63,348 nt of DNA, filler included, from Sphacelaria rigidula (GCA_964200075.2; 6 parts of 6 records of this genome joined end to end with filler, not necessarily neighbours in it); one strand, 5' to 3'; numbered from the whole stretch's first letter, positions 13,601-28,680 are shown. Notes: generated by a model from the letters alone, not told the origin. Made by a program: numbers and translations.

Positions 13601-16600
13601 TTCGTCGATAATGAGCACAGCACCACCATAATTGCGGCGATGTAACGAGCGGGCGACTGACCTTGCACATGGTACCTAGGGAGGAAACTAGCGCGAAGTG
13701 CTCCCTGAACACCGGCGCCACGAGATCGAACGTCAGCCCCACATCGTTGGCCACGTCAGCGAACAAGCGCCATTCCTTAATGTTACTGCGGAGAACATTC
13801 GACGCAAAAGGGAGACAAAACACAGGGATGAGTTCAGTATGTTTCGTGAAACGTGATGGTTGAGGAGGGTGGGAAGGGAGGAAGATGAAACATGCAAAAA
13901 CGCCCACACGCACCAAAAGGATAGCTACTCATCCGCTCGCTGCGAGGGAGCTCAGGACATATGAATTATCTGGTGCTGTCGTCCGCGTAGGGACGCTAGC
14001 CGGGCAGCCGTTTATCATCATCGGCGGAGCCACTGCACCTGTCCATGTGAGGTGACGCTGAATAGGAGAACAAAAGACTGCCAACCATGCCGAACCCATC
14101 CCTGAGGACCCACACCATGGCAGCTGCGATTGCGGAGGCGTTCTCTGAAGAGCAGAACGGAGACATTAGATGGAGGAGCACGCGCGCGCACGCGGGGAGG
14201 GGGGGGGGGGGGGCTCATGATTTTGCATGCCGTAGTCATAAGACCACGGACCTCGTGTCCCTACAAAACCGGGACGGCGCACGCCAGGTTTTCGCCGGAT
14301 CACGCTCGCAATCACCAAGCGGGCAGCGCCGTGGTGTGTTCGGCGAGTCGCATGAGGGCTGCATCCTGCCAAGATTGTTCGGGCCGAAGCGTACCAATTA
14401 TTGTGCATATGGGTGACAGCCTCGAATGAACTGTTTCATTTTCTGGCATTGCTGGAGACAGCCACGGGTTACGTTGCCTCATTGGTGTCTCACCATTCAA
14501 ATACAACGTAGCACAATAATCCCCGCTGCGCGAACTTGAGGTTGTCCCACCCCGAGCAATATGATCTAATTCGACTATCCTGGTTACAGCAAAGACACGC
14601 AAGCAACCACATCACCGGTAACATGCTTGCCTAGCTTACGCAGTGATTGGTGATCTTCTGCAGGCTTCATTAGACTGACCTGTAGCAGGTGCCGCATCTC
14701 ACCATTTTCCCGACAGCTAGCATCGATTACTGGCTACCTCGGTGGAATGTCCGCCCTGAGCTGGTACTTCTGAATCCATCCGACCACTCCAAACCGCAGC
14801 AAACGATGCTCATCATGTAGTCACAGAGCACATTCCGTCTCATTTAAGCTAAACTCGTTACTTCCTTGGATCTTTACGCTGTTACGCGTAGAACTGAGCC
14901 GGTCTGCCTGCCACTGGATCGTCTTACTCAACCATCTCCCTTGCTGCTGCACTTGACGTAACATACAATACTGTTCTTCCAGTTACTACCGTCGGGTGTT
15001 TTCTCGGCATTTTTCTTCCCCTTTTTTTTCTAGTTCACCTTCCTTGCCACTCATGACTTCATGTGGAGAAAAGCCTCGATTTTCGTTGCATTTCGAGACT
15101 TCCCATCGCAACTGTAAAAGAGATTCGTCTGGGTGGGGTAGTGTCATGAGGCTATTATATGAGGCGTTCATAGCTAAGTATTCGGGACTGTACGATGGCA
15201 GGTCTGATCAGGCTTCATCAGGTCGGATGTGGGCTTGATAAAAGAGAATAAGCAGGAATCCTTGTAACCCTTCTGGCCCACTTGCGACCGTGTAGCATTT
15301 GCAAAGCTAGGAATAGTTCGGCGAGCGACGTGAAAGAGCATTGAGTAGAGCGATAAAGAATACGAGTGAACAAGCGTCTTGAATATCAAGTGGATATCAA
15401 CCGACCTTTGGGTGAAGCTGTACCTGGGGTGCTGACTCATTGCGGGCACACCAATAAGCCCTTGTGCAGATCGCTGGATTGATCGATCTGCCCACCTTGC
15501 CCGCGTGCCTCGTAGTGTACGCCTGACAACCCCTTCACACGAGCTCTTATCTTTACGAGTGAAACACGCAGTTTTCAACGGGTGTGCGGGTTGCCAGGTT
15601 TCGTTTCACAACCGTGTCTCACGCTTACCGTCGCCGACGCCGGCCGCGTCGAGCATGGCCGTCAGGCACAGCACCCCGCGGAGATAGCTGCAGAGAGCCT
15701 AGCAGCAAAACCAAGGCCCGCAAGAAAAACGGCAGCAGCAGCAGCAGCGGCGGCGGTGGCGACAGCAGGCCATTTGTCACATTACCTTTCAAGATAATAT
15801 CAATTGACCTATCCCATTCATGCGGTAGCCGTTCGTTCTCGGGCGTGTCAGCCAAAACAATATAACTCGGCCTTCATCGGATGAAAGACATGTGCGTATG
15901 GACATGCCCAAAGATTACGTGCGCCCCCAACACGGGAGGCCGCCTCTGGTTGGTTGGCAGCGCCCATCACTTGATTATATGTCTGTGCCGGCAGCGCAAT
16001 AAACTCGTTATCAAATCTGCTGTGTCCATTTTCGAACAATTGATTGTTTGGCTTGTAGTATGTGGACATACAGAAAGAAGGACCGTCCCTGCCAAAAACA
16101 TGCCCCACCGTTGCACTTTTGTACAGGCCCGTGCAAAGGAGAGACTTTTCAAAACCAGTGTAGGTCGACGGCGCACCTTGTTCATCAATATCGCAAAGAT
16201 CATCTGTGCGGGGCTTGCACCCATTGTGCAGCACCCTTGAGACGCGAAACATTTACGACGAGAGTGGTAAAAGATGAGGCCCCACCGAGGAGGAATCGTC
16301 CACCTTACGATGCCTCTCCATTATAGATACACCGAATTTGTTGCTGCACCTTCCCCCAAGTATGGTCAACATACTCAAAAGCCCCGTTACATTACCCCAG
16401 TCCTATCAGGCCGAGGACTATCATACGCAAATGGCGCCGACGATTTCTGCTGACATCGTCGCCCAAAGTGGCGCTGACTTGAGAGAAGCGTGTGCGTAGC
16501 AAGCCGATCCGTATTCTGTCCAATTCTCTCCGCAGCGGCATATTCCTCAAAACTCGGACGCAAAGTTTGTCAAGTGTTCAACCACAACTGCCAACAAAGT

Positions 16601-19264
16601 AATGAAACTACTCATGCCAAGATACACGAACGTATATGCCTCGAGGTATATACATACAATATTCTAGAATGCCTTCCTTTTCTAATACCTGCACCGTGTC
16701 CCACGTCTGGTACTCCACGTACTCCTTCCGCACCGACGACGGGTATCCATTAGGCAAAAACGTTCGCCTGTTTCGAAAAGTCAATAAAGGGCATAAAGAG
16801 AGAAATGAAAATCGAAAGGATGTGTGGCGACAGTGGTAAGTCAGTTATTAGCATGATCTTTCCAGATGAGCGAATTGCGTCCAAAAATATCATTCACACG
16901 TCTTATTATAGCTTTGAGGGGGAGACGCCGTAGGAGAGGGTACAGGCCCCCGCAATCGAAATAATTGGGGGAGGGGGGGTGTTACACGCTCGGTACTCGC
17001 ACGTCCATGTCCAAGTTTGACGTCTGAGGACTTCTGAAAAACGTGTAAGGGTGTCTGAGAACGGCTAAGGACCTCTAAGAAAGGTGTGAACCCCGTTGCC
17101 ACAGACTGCGCAGCGTAGGATTTGTTCGGAGCGGATCGAGAAGAACTTCGCACGTATCCTATCTCATATCTGCAGTCGATTCAGTAACCTCATCAAGGGG
17201 TCCTGATTAGGCGATGACGACCATCCAATCAGATAATAAAAACGTACGCGGCGAAGGGAAAAAAAGTCGTGCAAGTTGGCATACTTCCTGATGTTTTTAT
17301 CGGAAAGTCGCAATGGAAAGTAGTCGGAATCGAAAAATTGGCACACACCACTTTTTCTTCCATTGCTTGGAACGGCGCTTTGGAGAGGGAGACGGCCGCT
17401 GCAGCTATAATTTTCATACAAGTATACTACTACAGAGTGATACGGTGTTTGATCTTGACAGTTTTTCTCTCACGATAATGGCCTCTCCGCACTCCTGCTG
17501 TGTTGGCAAAAATAGAGCCACTTTTCGTTTGTGCGAAAGAATTAAATGAAAAGGATAACAGTGAACAACAGTAAAAAACATTTTTGTTACAGGTAAACAT
17601 CGATATTTCTCGCACAAATTTAAGCATTTCCGTCACCCCCTTCCCCTTGAGACTGCGATTCAAAGCCCGGTTCATTTCACCATTCTCATGCCTACCTACC
17701 CCGTATCCTATAAAAGGGCTGGCGTTGGGGTTCGACGATATCGAAGGAATACTCAACCACGGAAATTATGAACCCTTCAGGAACCCTCCCCTTCCTTCCC
17801 AGGGTCAGACGCCTCATCATTTCAAGGCCCTCTCAAAGAAGAAAGTATGGGAACAGGAAAGACTGACGGCAACCATTTTCATGGCGGAAGGCCACAGAAT
17901 AATCCACCAGCATACGTCATGCGCGCACCAAAAATGTCACCCAAGTGCAGTCAGATTACTTCTGTCCAGTGAGGGACGCAACAGGTCAAATTTCTTCAAG
18001 TTTGTGCACACAGCCAAAACCAGCACTTGCGTGCCTGAACTCTATACGGACAAAAATCGACACCACCCATATATTTTCTATAATCGGAGTCCCGTGCGGC
18101 ACTGGGGCACATTTCGATACGGGTCTAAAAAACACGGCTCGAGATATTAGTTTTACGCGAAAGCTGTAAATACTCGACCATATGTCGTCAAAAAAGGGGC
18201 ACCTCGAAATCCACACTTTTCCACGGCCAGTACCAGAAGGGCTAACGAGTTTGCGCAAACGTATCTCGTTTGAGGTGTGCTTATCCAATTGCGCATGTCG
18301 GCCGTGGTATATTTTGGGGGCCAAACGTTCGAACGGTACACAACATACAACATACCATGTCGAGTCAGTTGCGCTCTCTATTGAGTAAGGGTTTCACCGC
18401 CGGTGCCGCGATATCGAGCGGCTAGCAGATTCAGACAATCGTATACAATAAAAGTAACGTCTGCAAAAGCACACACAGCTTCTTGTGTGTGCTGTTGTGC
18501 GGACTCCAAATTGCGAAGTCCCCCATGATCCCACATCCTGGCCCAGCGAGGTGGCGTTTCGCGCAGAACTCCGGCACTATGCAACAACGTTGTTTGTTTG
18601 TTTTGTGCCAACCATGAGTCCAATGCACCTCTCGCCGACTACATCCATTACGCACGAAACCGGTGACTTTCGACCCATGCTGGGCAAAACGGTGAATGTT
18701 GTGGGATTCGAGACATGAAAGGAACTCGATTTCATTCAAGGTTGCGAGATGTCGCCGCCGCGCAGCGGTGGTGTAACGGTCCGATTGTCACCATCAGGGT
18801 CGAGGGAAGGCAGGTTGAGGAGGGCTGATGCGGTGCAGGAGTACTGGGATGTACCGGGGAGAGATGAGTTGATTCCCTGAGACCACGGACTCATACCGAG
18901 GAAGGGGAGGGGTTCACCGAGTATGGAAGAAAAAATAAATGCGGAGTATGTACCTGACAACAGACACCCCTGACCAGAGGTCGTTGAGCAACGAACAAGT
19001 ACTAATCACGCCGCAAAGCGCAGGATATCGTACTGCCCAATGTCCTTTCTCCGAGTACAGCCTTCGCACTACATTTTTGTAATTGTCGACGCACCTGAAA
19101 AAGGCAGACAGACTGGGTTGAAATCTCTCCACCCTATTCCAGCTGTTTTGCGGAACCAAACCCTCATCTGCGCCGAGAACCTGGTAGGTCACCACATGCC
19201 GTTTGGCATCCGGCCTTGACGAATCAAACTCACGCGCAACCGTTTCCGGCACCGAAGAGGCCAT
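10681..19264 (-). CDS. RUSF1: RUS1/DUF647 (root UVB sensitive, RUSF1/C16orf58-like) family protein; 8 exons, 3' end cut off by contig end
   Basis: GT-AG exons 19264-19095, 16767-16689, 15698-15629, 14144-14039, 13785-13662, 12888-12760, 11512-11412 and 10795-10681 are all phase-consistent. Spliced motifs: FLPNGYPSSVRKEYVEYQTWDTVQALCSYLRGVL, WVLRDGFGMVG, KEWRLFADVANDVG, GVAAGATKTSITSHFA, NMADLSAKENAQET, LHVYANYR, LNTLNKQR. Confidence 0.93.
13385..13567 (+). repeat. Intronic tandem duplication, about 100-bp unit x2
   Basis: cttcgta..tgacaatggtgaaaact...gacatatcttcag.ttcgc.ca.aactg.act occurs twice in direct orientation. Confidence 0.8.
14228..14425 (-). repeat. Dispersed repeat of about 200 bp (copy 1; copy 2 at 29153-29366)
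   Basis: Its reverse complement shares gcttcgg.ccgaacaatctt..caggatgcagc, ctcgccgaacac, tccggcgaaaa, ttgtaggga and ttatgactacggc with copy 2. Confidence 0.75.
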
Positions 19265-20540
<1,276 letters not shown>

Positions 20541-20800
20541 GTGAACCCTCTTTCTTCTCCCCTCTCTCCCCGCTTCTTTCCGTCAGATTTTTAGTTCTAA
20601 AATTCATCTTCGCCAACCTTCGAGAGAGCTTGCCCCCTCGCCCATAGACACCATGTGCGCGAATCCATTTTTATGGACGCATGTTTCTATTGCGCAAAAC
20701 GCACATTCCGAAGTGAACTAACGTATATGCCGCACGACGTACACAACAACGGACGTCAAGTGACGACACCACCCCAAGGCGTCGTGGTGATGGCCTCGTA

Positions 20801-21054
20801 CGAGCTGGGCCTGCCTAGAGGCTGCATGAAGGTTTGCAGGCGGATGCGCCGGCCAATATTTGGAGTTAGACCCTGAAATTTGGTATGGATAATGCATGGG
20901 GCATAATGAAAAATCGTGGAGAAGCACATTGATTGTTTTTTTTTTCGTGAGATAAGGGCGTTTTGCTGAAACCTGAAAACTGATTATTGCCCTTAACTCA
21001 CGAGAAAAAAAGAAAAAACCTCAATGTGCTTCTTCACGATTTTTTATTATGCCC
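20801..21054. mobile_element. TA-flanked foldback MITE (Tc1/mariner-type), truncated by contig end
   Basis: Starts ta|cgagctgggcc. gggcataatgaaaaatcgtggagaagcacattga is inverted by tcaatgtgcttcttcacgattttttattatgccc. The arm is homologous to 41381-41450 and 41820-41930. Confidence 0.65.
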
Positions 21055-21154
21055 NNNNNNNNNNNNNNNNNNNNNNNNNNNNNNNNNNNNNNNNNNNNTT
21101 AATTAATTAANNNNNNNNNNNNNNNNNNNNNNNNNNNNNNNNNNNNNNNNNNNN
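21055..21154. other. Artificial contig spacer
   Basis: N-run with TTAATTAATTAA linker. Confidence 0.98.
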
Positions 21155-22062
21155 CCTGTTGTTGTTGTTGTTGTTGTTGTTGTCTTCACATCAAAATCGT
21201 TCTGATATATGCGCGGTACATTCGTACTGGGCATCTGATGCGGACGCCTTCCGTGGTCCCAGGCTAGCAAAAAACCAGAAAAAACAAAAGAGACCTAGAT
21301 TAAAACTCACAAAACGCGATACAAGCAAAACAGGGATGAATAATAAAGAAGAAATATAATACGTATGGCTAACCTCAGAAGATCTGGTGCCGCAGGTGGC
21401 CAGATTTTTCTTCACACAGGTCTTTATCGTAGTCTGTTCGTTAGAAATTCTGCTGTAAAAATGGAGACGACGGCCACTCAACCCCAGGTGCGACTGGTTT
21501 ACCGCCTGCATTGTGCGAACGGTCCACCCGCAGTTGGAAAAATTTATCTCCGGATGCCTTAACTTCGCGGATCCGTGTCTTCTGAACAGCGTTCTGGCGG
21601 TGCAGCATCAGTGCTGGTGTGTGCAACAAAAACCTTTTCGTGACGTTGCAAGTACCGTTTTACTACAGAACATGGAAACACGTAAAGCAAGGATAGAGAG
21701 TTTTTTACGCCTGTTGCAGAGAGCGTGCTGCGACGGATGTGGCACAGCTCAACACCATCTACACACGACGAAAACTCACACAATGCCTTGGTTGTTCAGG
21801 GAGAGGCGATGTACTCCCCCCTCCGTATGCATGCATACGCATTCGTTTATCAACAATATGCTGCAGAAATCGTTGTAGCATCGTGCTCAAGTGTAAACGG
21901 CGACGGTCAAAAAGACACCTAGACAGAAAACGGACGCGAGACTCAGGCTGCACTGAGCAGGCTGTCTATTATAGCAATGATCTGTGTTGAAAAAAATGTG
22001 ATGAATGCAGCCCTTTTTTTTTTAAACGCTGCATGTATGTCGTGTGTTCGTGTTCTGTGCAG

Positions 22063-25000
22063 CGTATGACTTCACGGACGATAAAGTGGCGGAGGCCATG
22101 GACGCAATGGAGAACACATTGAAGGTGAGGAGTGCTGTGCCGTGTTCCTGGTGCTAACGCCTCGTTTTTTGTGTTTCCTACGCTGAAATCCCAATTCACT
22201 GTCTCTGGGGCCAAGGGTTGTGACGCCTGGCCAGCCATATGGCGAATGAATGCTATTGTGCAAAGGTAAAAATGAGATACATGGTCATCAAAGAAGAACG
22301 AAGGGTGTGTTTTGTTCATCCACTTGGTTAGTTCAGGCGCCGTTCCAAAGTACTTGTGTACCGACCGCAGACGTGCAGAAGGTGGAAAGGCAGAAAGAAG
22401 GTCGCGAGTGATGCTACGGTAGGGATGCATAATTATTTTCTGAGGTTAGGATTGTTAGAAGCCCTTTATCTAATCCAAAACATGACTTATGAAACATGTG
22501 AGAGTACGCCAGGATTATTATTCCAATGTGCTAGGGATATCCCGAATGAACTTGCAAACGCGAATGCCCCGACCCATATTCTTGTGCATCTAGAATCGTT
22601 AGGAGCTCCTGAACCAGACAAGATTTTGCGCGAAAAAAGGGCACCCCCTACCACAGCATTGTTCTTGCGTTTTCCCTGTATGTGGCCTGTGCCGTCCGTT
22701 ACGAGCTATCTGCCGGTCAGGGGGGGTACGCTTGCTCCGCCGAAGAAGCGGTACCCTGACTCCCCGCCCGCGTCCCACCCTGTCCAACCACACGAAACAA
22801 CGGTGATAACAACATCAACATCGACAAACACCCAACGAACTAACCAAGCAGGATAAGGTCAGGGCCTCAGGAGTCGATATCGAACAACAGCAGGACATGG
22901 AGGACAAGATTAAAACATGCTGCGACAGCGTCCAGGAAAAGATCCAGCGAAGATTAGACCGAAATCTCGACATCTTCGACCGCTTCGTCAAGAAAAACAT
23001 ATCCGTGGCAAGGGGCGCCCTGGACAGTGCAGATACACCATCAAGCGCCATGGACTCGGGGACCGGCGGAAGCGGGAGCGGGAGCGCGGGTGTGACGGTT
23101 GCGAAGCGCGGGCGGGCTACAGATGGTGTTGAGGACTGGTCGGGTTTCGAGATCGACAAGACAGCGACGCCCAAGCGCCTGGAGGATGAGAAGGAGGTCG
23201 ATGCGGACCTGGAGCGGATCCGAGAACGCCGACGGAAGGTAGGCAGGCGAATGCTATGGTGGGGCTATTGCGGTCGGCCGCGGCAAACGGGGGTGCATGT
23301 ACTCGCCAGGGTTGGTGTCGGGCAGCATCTCGTCGAGAGAAATGTGGGGTAGAGGTGATGTCGTCTGGTGTGCACCGGAGGCTGTTAGTATATGTGTCGT
23401 GTGTCGGGGAAACTCGGAGGTCGCCTACGGGTTGACGGCAAGGGTATTATCACGGTACAGTAAGTAAAAGATAGGATCAAGGCATAATTTTCCCAATAAT
23501 TTCAGACGTAGTCCTGCGCCGATGTTGTGGATGCCTTCCGTGACGGGCGATGGGGTTCTCCGACACTGAAGCGAATACTGTGGAACCCATCTATATTCAA
23601 TCAACGTGATTTGGGACTTTTTCCTTTACTCGTTGCGTTTGATACTGAGATTGTATGTAGAGGGGTATGTGGGGGAGGGGAGGGGGGAGGGTGTACTCAT
23701 GATCATGCATGCCATAGTCATGATACCATTGTGTGGGGGAGGGGAGGGGAAGAAGGGAATATCTTCACCCCACAATATGGAATTACGAAACATTGCCCTT
23801 CGTCATGCCAAGTGAGGAAACCGAAAAAGTACAGTACGAGGTGCTGTCGTCCCAAGAGGAACAATCGCATGCTTATATCTTGGGGGGAAGAATGTCCTAG
23901 TCGTCGCCCTCTCAGCAAGTCGCATATCCAACGAACTGCGTGTACCTCGCTTTACTGACCTCAAGAAGAGGGATGGCAGATTGAACCGAAGTACTGTGCA
24001 GCTACATACATACATACATACATACATACATACATACATACATACATACATACATACATACATACATACATACATGCCTCGTGAGGGGAAGGGAATCCGG
24101 AAATTGAACGTGTTGACCGCTCGTGCGGTACGATAAACTTCAACATACCAGTACTATATTATAGTACAAAAATCAAGCTCGACCGGGGAATCACTCTAGT
24201 GACGGGAACAAGCAGACAGAAACACGCCTAATTGACTGCACCAAGTCCACTTTCAGGCTGACGGTACACCACGCCGTATGCTACCAATTCTCGACTCTTG
24301 TCTCTGTTCTCTATCCCACTTTCGTGGCAAAGTTATTCACCCGGCACGAAGGTCTAGGCACGGCCGGGAGTCACGCTTACATCCAACTCGCACTGACGTA
24401 CATGTACTGACCGTACACCAACCGTACTGTGTTCATAGCGGTGTCACGATGCCCCCCCCCGCCCCCTCCCTCCCCCCCCCCCAAACCAGCCCCAAAACTG
24501 TAAAAAAGAAAGTGATCATCCTACGCATAATTGCTGCTTCTGGACTGCATGAAGCATCTCATGTGGGCGACATTGGTGAAAACGATCCCAATTGCGCGAG
24601 TTCCCAGCTGCTCGGTGTGCTCGGCTTTTGTCATTTCGATTCACATGTAGATCTTACCCCCTCAAACCAGCCACTTTTATGGGGGAGCCCATCGCGGCAT
24701 CACTTTTAAGGCCGACGAGAAAATACTGTTGTATATGTGTACCCCCTCGTTCCCGTCTCCCGTCTCCTGTCTTCCCCCCTGCTCGCGCAAATCTAAAGGC
24801 CGTACGGCGACGCGAAGCGTTGGAACGGAAGGGGTTACGGGTAGCAGCGGTGTTGCAGGATGTGAACGAATTCGTGGAAGCGATCCAGCTAGGCGTGTCC
24901 AGTTCGTTCGACGACAACGGGCTGACACCGGTACCGGCTAAGGTTCAAGAGGCGGTGGAGTCTAGCTCGGAGCTCAGGGAAATCGTTGCACGAGCGCAAG

Positions 25001-25782
25001 GCACGTGTTTCGTCCGGATTGGATTGATGTCTCGAATGGATCTGCACAGAGGCTGGCACATGTGCAGGTTCTCCCTAGAATTGATGCAGTCAGTAGCTCC
25101 CCCCCCCCCCCCCATACTCGTTTTACGGAGAGTCAAATGGCACGACGCAAGCAGCACACGGTGTAAGTCAGTGTGTGGGATCGGACCGACAGCTTGAAAT
25201 GGTTCTTGATGCGAAATAGTTACTTTTTTTTTTTTTTCATCTTTCGATTGCGTCACATTTTGCACACATTCGACCGAATAGCCCCGTCGGCAATGTTCTC
25301 GATGCTCTCGAGGGCGTTCGTTCGTTCGCTCGTTCACTGCGTGCTCATGGTATGACACGTGTGTGGAAATCTTTTCACCGGCGCAGTAGAGAATCGTTCT
25401 GGAGAAGTAGATATGTCGACGCCACAACCACCAAAAATATTTTGAGCACCGTCAACGGTTACCTCACGAAACGAAGGTATTTGCACCTGCGCAAGCTTGC
25501 AGTTCTCATCAAACACACGCACGCAACAACTGTAATCCATCAACAGGGCTCACGAGACGACTGGAAGATATGCAGGCCAGCAGCGGCAGCGGCCGCGGCG
25601 ACGAGGGCGGCAGTTCGCGGAACGGCTCTCGGAATGGCGTCGCCGCTCGTCCCGGTGCGAGCGCTGCAGCGAGTCGTCAGGGAGACTTGCAGTCTACTTT
25701 CGAGCGATCGCTGGAGCAGCACGTGTCGACGGGAGGGGCGGAGAAGTATGCAGTTCTGCGGGGTACCCTCAATGATCGATGA
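22063..25782 (+). CDS. MIS12: Probable Mis12 kinetochore protein; 4 exons resolved, first exon(s) unresolved
   Basis: Exons 22063-22124, 22852-23238, 24799-25000 (GC donor) and 25547-25782 (stop) are phase-consistent. YDFTDDKVAEAMDAMENTLK...IQRRLDRNLDIFDRFVKKNI resembles the Mis12 N-terminal signature (D.N.D.F...+..NI), followed by a coiled coil EKEVDADLERIRERRRK. Coding status is firmer than the gene name. Confidence 0.68.
22406..22664. mobile_element. Sola-like MITE family A, copy 1 (intronic)
   Basis: TIRs gagtgatgctacggtaggg / ccctaccacagcattgttc; 4-bp TSD tcgc/ttgc (one mismatch); homologous to 28681-28936 and 41523-41777. Confidence 0.75.
24003..24074 (+). repeat. (TACA)n microsatellite
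   Basis: Visible directly; intronic. Confidence 0.95.
24438..24703 (-). mobile_element. MITE family B, diverged copy (intronic)
   Basis: ttcccagctgctcggtgtgctcggctttt..catttcgattcac is the reverse complement of the interior of 43906-44138. It has poly-C and poly-G subterminal tracts. Confidence 0.6.
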
Positions 25783-27394
25783 ATATATTGGGGGGGCATC
25801 GAGTGAGGGACAAAGCGGTCGAATGGAAAGTACGTGGAGACACGCTTTCATATATTTCGACCCGCAAGGTCAACGAGTTGAGGCGCGTTATGGTCAGGGT
25901 TCTGATATCAGTAAGTTGAGAATGATGTCTGATGGGGGGAAAATCGTTCGTAGTCTGCAGTCGAGAGCGATGTGTCATGGGGGAGATATCGGTTGATATC
26001 CGCAGCGGCTCCGCCTTTCGATAAACCCGCCGACGGGGCTGTTAAAGAAAGAGTTTCCCCCCTTTATGCTGCTCTCCTTGCACAGTTCGGATTTTCGTCT
26101 GCGAAATAATGTCCAATTGTCTTCAAAATCCTTGTTGCTTGAAGATACTTGACAGCAAGTCTAAAATGGTCACTCGGGACTTTCTGACGTTTTATAATCA
26201 AGTATTTTGTTCCGGAAAGAAGGCTATTTTTTGGGGGGGGGGGGGGGGTCAGTTGGGGCCTTTAACTCGTACTAATGGCCCCGCGCTTTTTCTTTTTTGT
26301 TTTTTTTTTTAGGCAAAAATCCAAACTGTTGGGAAANNNNNNNNNNTCTGGGTGCTTTGGTTTCCGAGAGGGAATAAGTGTGGTGGGGTGTGGTGTGTGG
26401 GGGGTGGGGGGGGGGTCAGTTGAGGCCTTTAACTCGTACTAATGGCCACGCGCTTTTTCATTCTTGTATTTTTTTATAGGCGAAAATCCGAACTGTGTGG
26501 AAAAATGACTGGAATCGCGGGTGAGTGGGTGTAACTAACTTACAGGTGGCAAATCGGGGTTGATGTTAGCTTGCCTCGTCTTAGATCACGGGTCGCTGTT
26601 TGTTCATGTTTCATGCTCTGAGAAATATCTAATTGGTCAACGTGGTTTACGCATCTCGGCACTTGTGACTGTACAGGAGTAAAGGTTTGATCGTGTCCGT
26701 TATATTCGCTGCTAGCTGCATTCCAGCTGGGCGCCGTCGTCTCCAACGCCCATTTCACATGCATATGTACCCTTCTTTTTCTCCAGTTGCGACCGCAGGC
26801 TGAAGTTGAACAAGCGTTTGCAGTGAAATGTAGGAACGGTAGGAAGGAGGTGTGAAGAGCTTAGCTGTGTTTGTAAAAAATAGACTGTTAGCGCCCCCTC
26901 TTGGTTTTCCTTTTCCATAAGTTGCTCCGATGGTCAAGACGCCCGTGTATGCTGCTGCAAACATCGATGTCGGCTGGGTTCGGTGACCGTGATTTTCCGC
27001 CCTATCGTTATCTGGCATATGTGACAGTGCAGTCACAGCGATAGACACGAGGAACCGACCAAAGCTTGCGGCATACTCGGGTACAGGCCAATGTGTTTGG
27101 TTTAGCACCGATACAAGTGTTGTACAAAGGTATGTTGAAATATGGAGCTTGTCACCGCGGGTACGATACGCCGTTTTCTCAGCCTTTTTTTCCCCCATGT
27201 CATATGCCGCTGCTTTCTGTCATGTGGAGCATCGCAATGTCGAACTTGAGACTCAAAAATTTTCTCCGAAACATGCACCCCCTTTTAGAGGGCGGTACAA
27301 GAATACATCGTCATGCAAATTAGATCGTCACTTTTGTTATATACTATACGCTAGATAATAGACCACACGGCCACAAAGTGTACTGCGCATATAT

Positions 27395-27484
27395 TATTGA
27401 CTGTTGCGTCTATAGCAATAGACAGTACATTCAATACTGTACGCAATACACGGTTTAACAACGTAGTCCATTGTCCAGGGTGTG
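27395..27484. mobile_element. End fragment of the ...ATTGTCCAGGGTGTG TIR family
   Basis: Ends cattgtccagggtgtg; homologous to 1-89. Confidence 0.6.
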
Positions 27485-28680
27485 ATCTGTATTAACAATA
27501 GATCCTGGGCCATCTTCTAGTTTCTACAGTTGACCTGAAGAACGGATCACAGTCCATGCAACTCCAACAGACGTTGAAGCCGTCGCTCGTGAGAACATTA
27601 TGCCGTTTCTAGTTGGTCGATCCGACTATATCCGGCGAAGTTGAACCGTCTCTTGAAAATCGGCTGATTGACGGAATCGCGTGCCTTGGTTCTCCACCTC
27701 CCCACCGGAAACACTTGAGGGAATTCTATAAGTCGGCCGGATGTAAGGGCATGAAAAATTGTTAATGGACGCGGCACATGGTTCCCATGAGTGAGGAATT
27801 TAAGAGTGGTTGAGGGTACGTTAAGTGATTAGTCGATTGTTCAGGTCAAAAGTGCCAGAAACTGGCATGCATGATCCAGGATATAAGACAAAAAATCACG
27901 ATCACTGGTTTACATCAATACTTTGTTGAATGTGTACTTCTCGTCCGCTACTTAAGCTCGGTTTGGATGAATAATTTTATTAGCCCAAGGTGTGGTTGAG
28001 TAAGCGAGGGTGATTTGTGAACGACGCACGCCAACACGTGTCGATAGTTTCTCACGGTCGCATTTTTGGGAGGGGGGCGTATTTTTCAGTTTCCGGACAT
28101 TTGATCCAGTTTTTGGCACCCAAACAGAATATCGTCATCACATGTCTTGGACACTTTGCATCATCCCACCGAGAGGAGTCTAGCCCACTTTTCCGGTTCG
28201 CTTGGCTGCGGGTTCCCAGAACGGTCGCCTCTGAACAAAAAGTTCAGCTGGACATGAAAACATGTAAGCACGAAGTTGTGGAAAAATCGAAAAAACACTG
28301 CAGATTCCTGCAGATACAGCATTTTGTCCTTTTCAGCTGGGTTTTTGTTCGAAGGCCATTCTTGAAACCTCAGAGCCAAGCGAATCGGAAGAGTGGGCTA
28401 GACTTCTCTCCGCGGGGTGACATGTAATGGCGATATTCCTTGTTTCGAGGCCCAAAACTGACCTAAATGTCTCAAAACTGACGAATAAAACATACCCCCC
28501 TCGCCTTCCCCTCAAATTCTGCATCTCAGAAGGGATGCGTGGTGAATGGTCAAACGACTAATGAGGCAACCAGCAGAAGAGTACGCCCCCCCCTCAACAC
28601 CTTCTACGGGGTGGGCGTCGGTTGACAATGACGCTGTAAAACACGCCACTCACTGCGTAAGCTAGGCAACCAGGTTGTTA

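Noticed and set aside
15848..16252. 134-aa ORF nested in a RUS intron
   Set aside because: It is not needed for the RUS reading frame and has no identifiable motif; a nested gene cannot be supported.
26230..26510. ~100-bp direct repeat flanking a 10-N gap
   Set aside because: A true tandem copy cannot be distinguished from haplotype or overlap duplication at an assembly gap.
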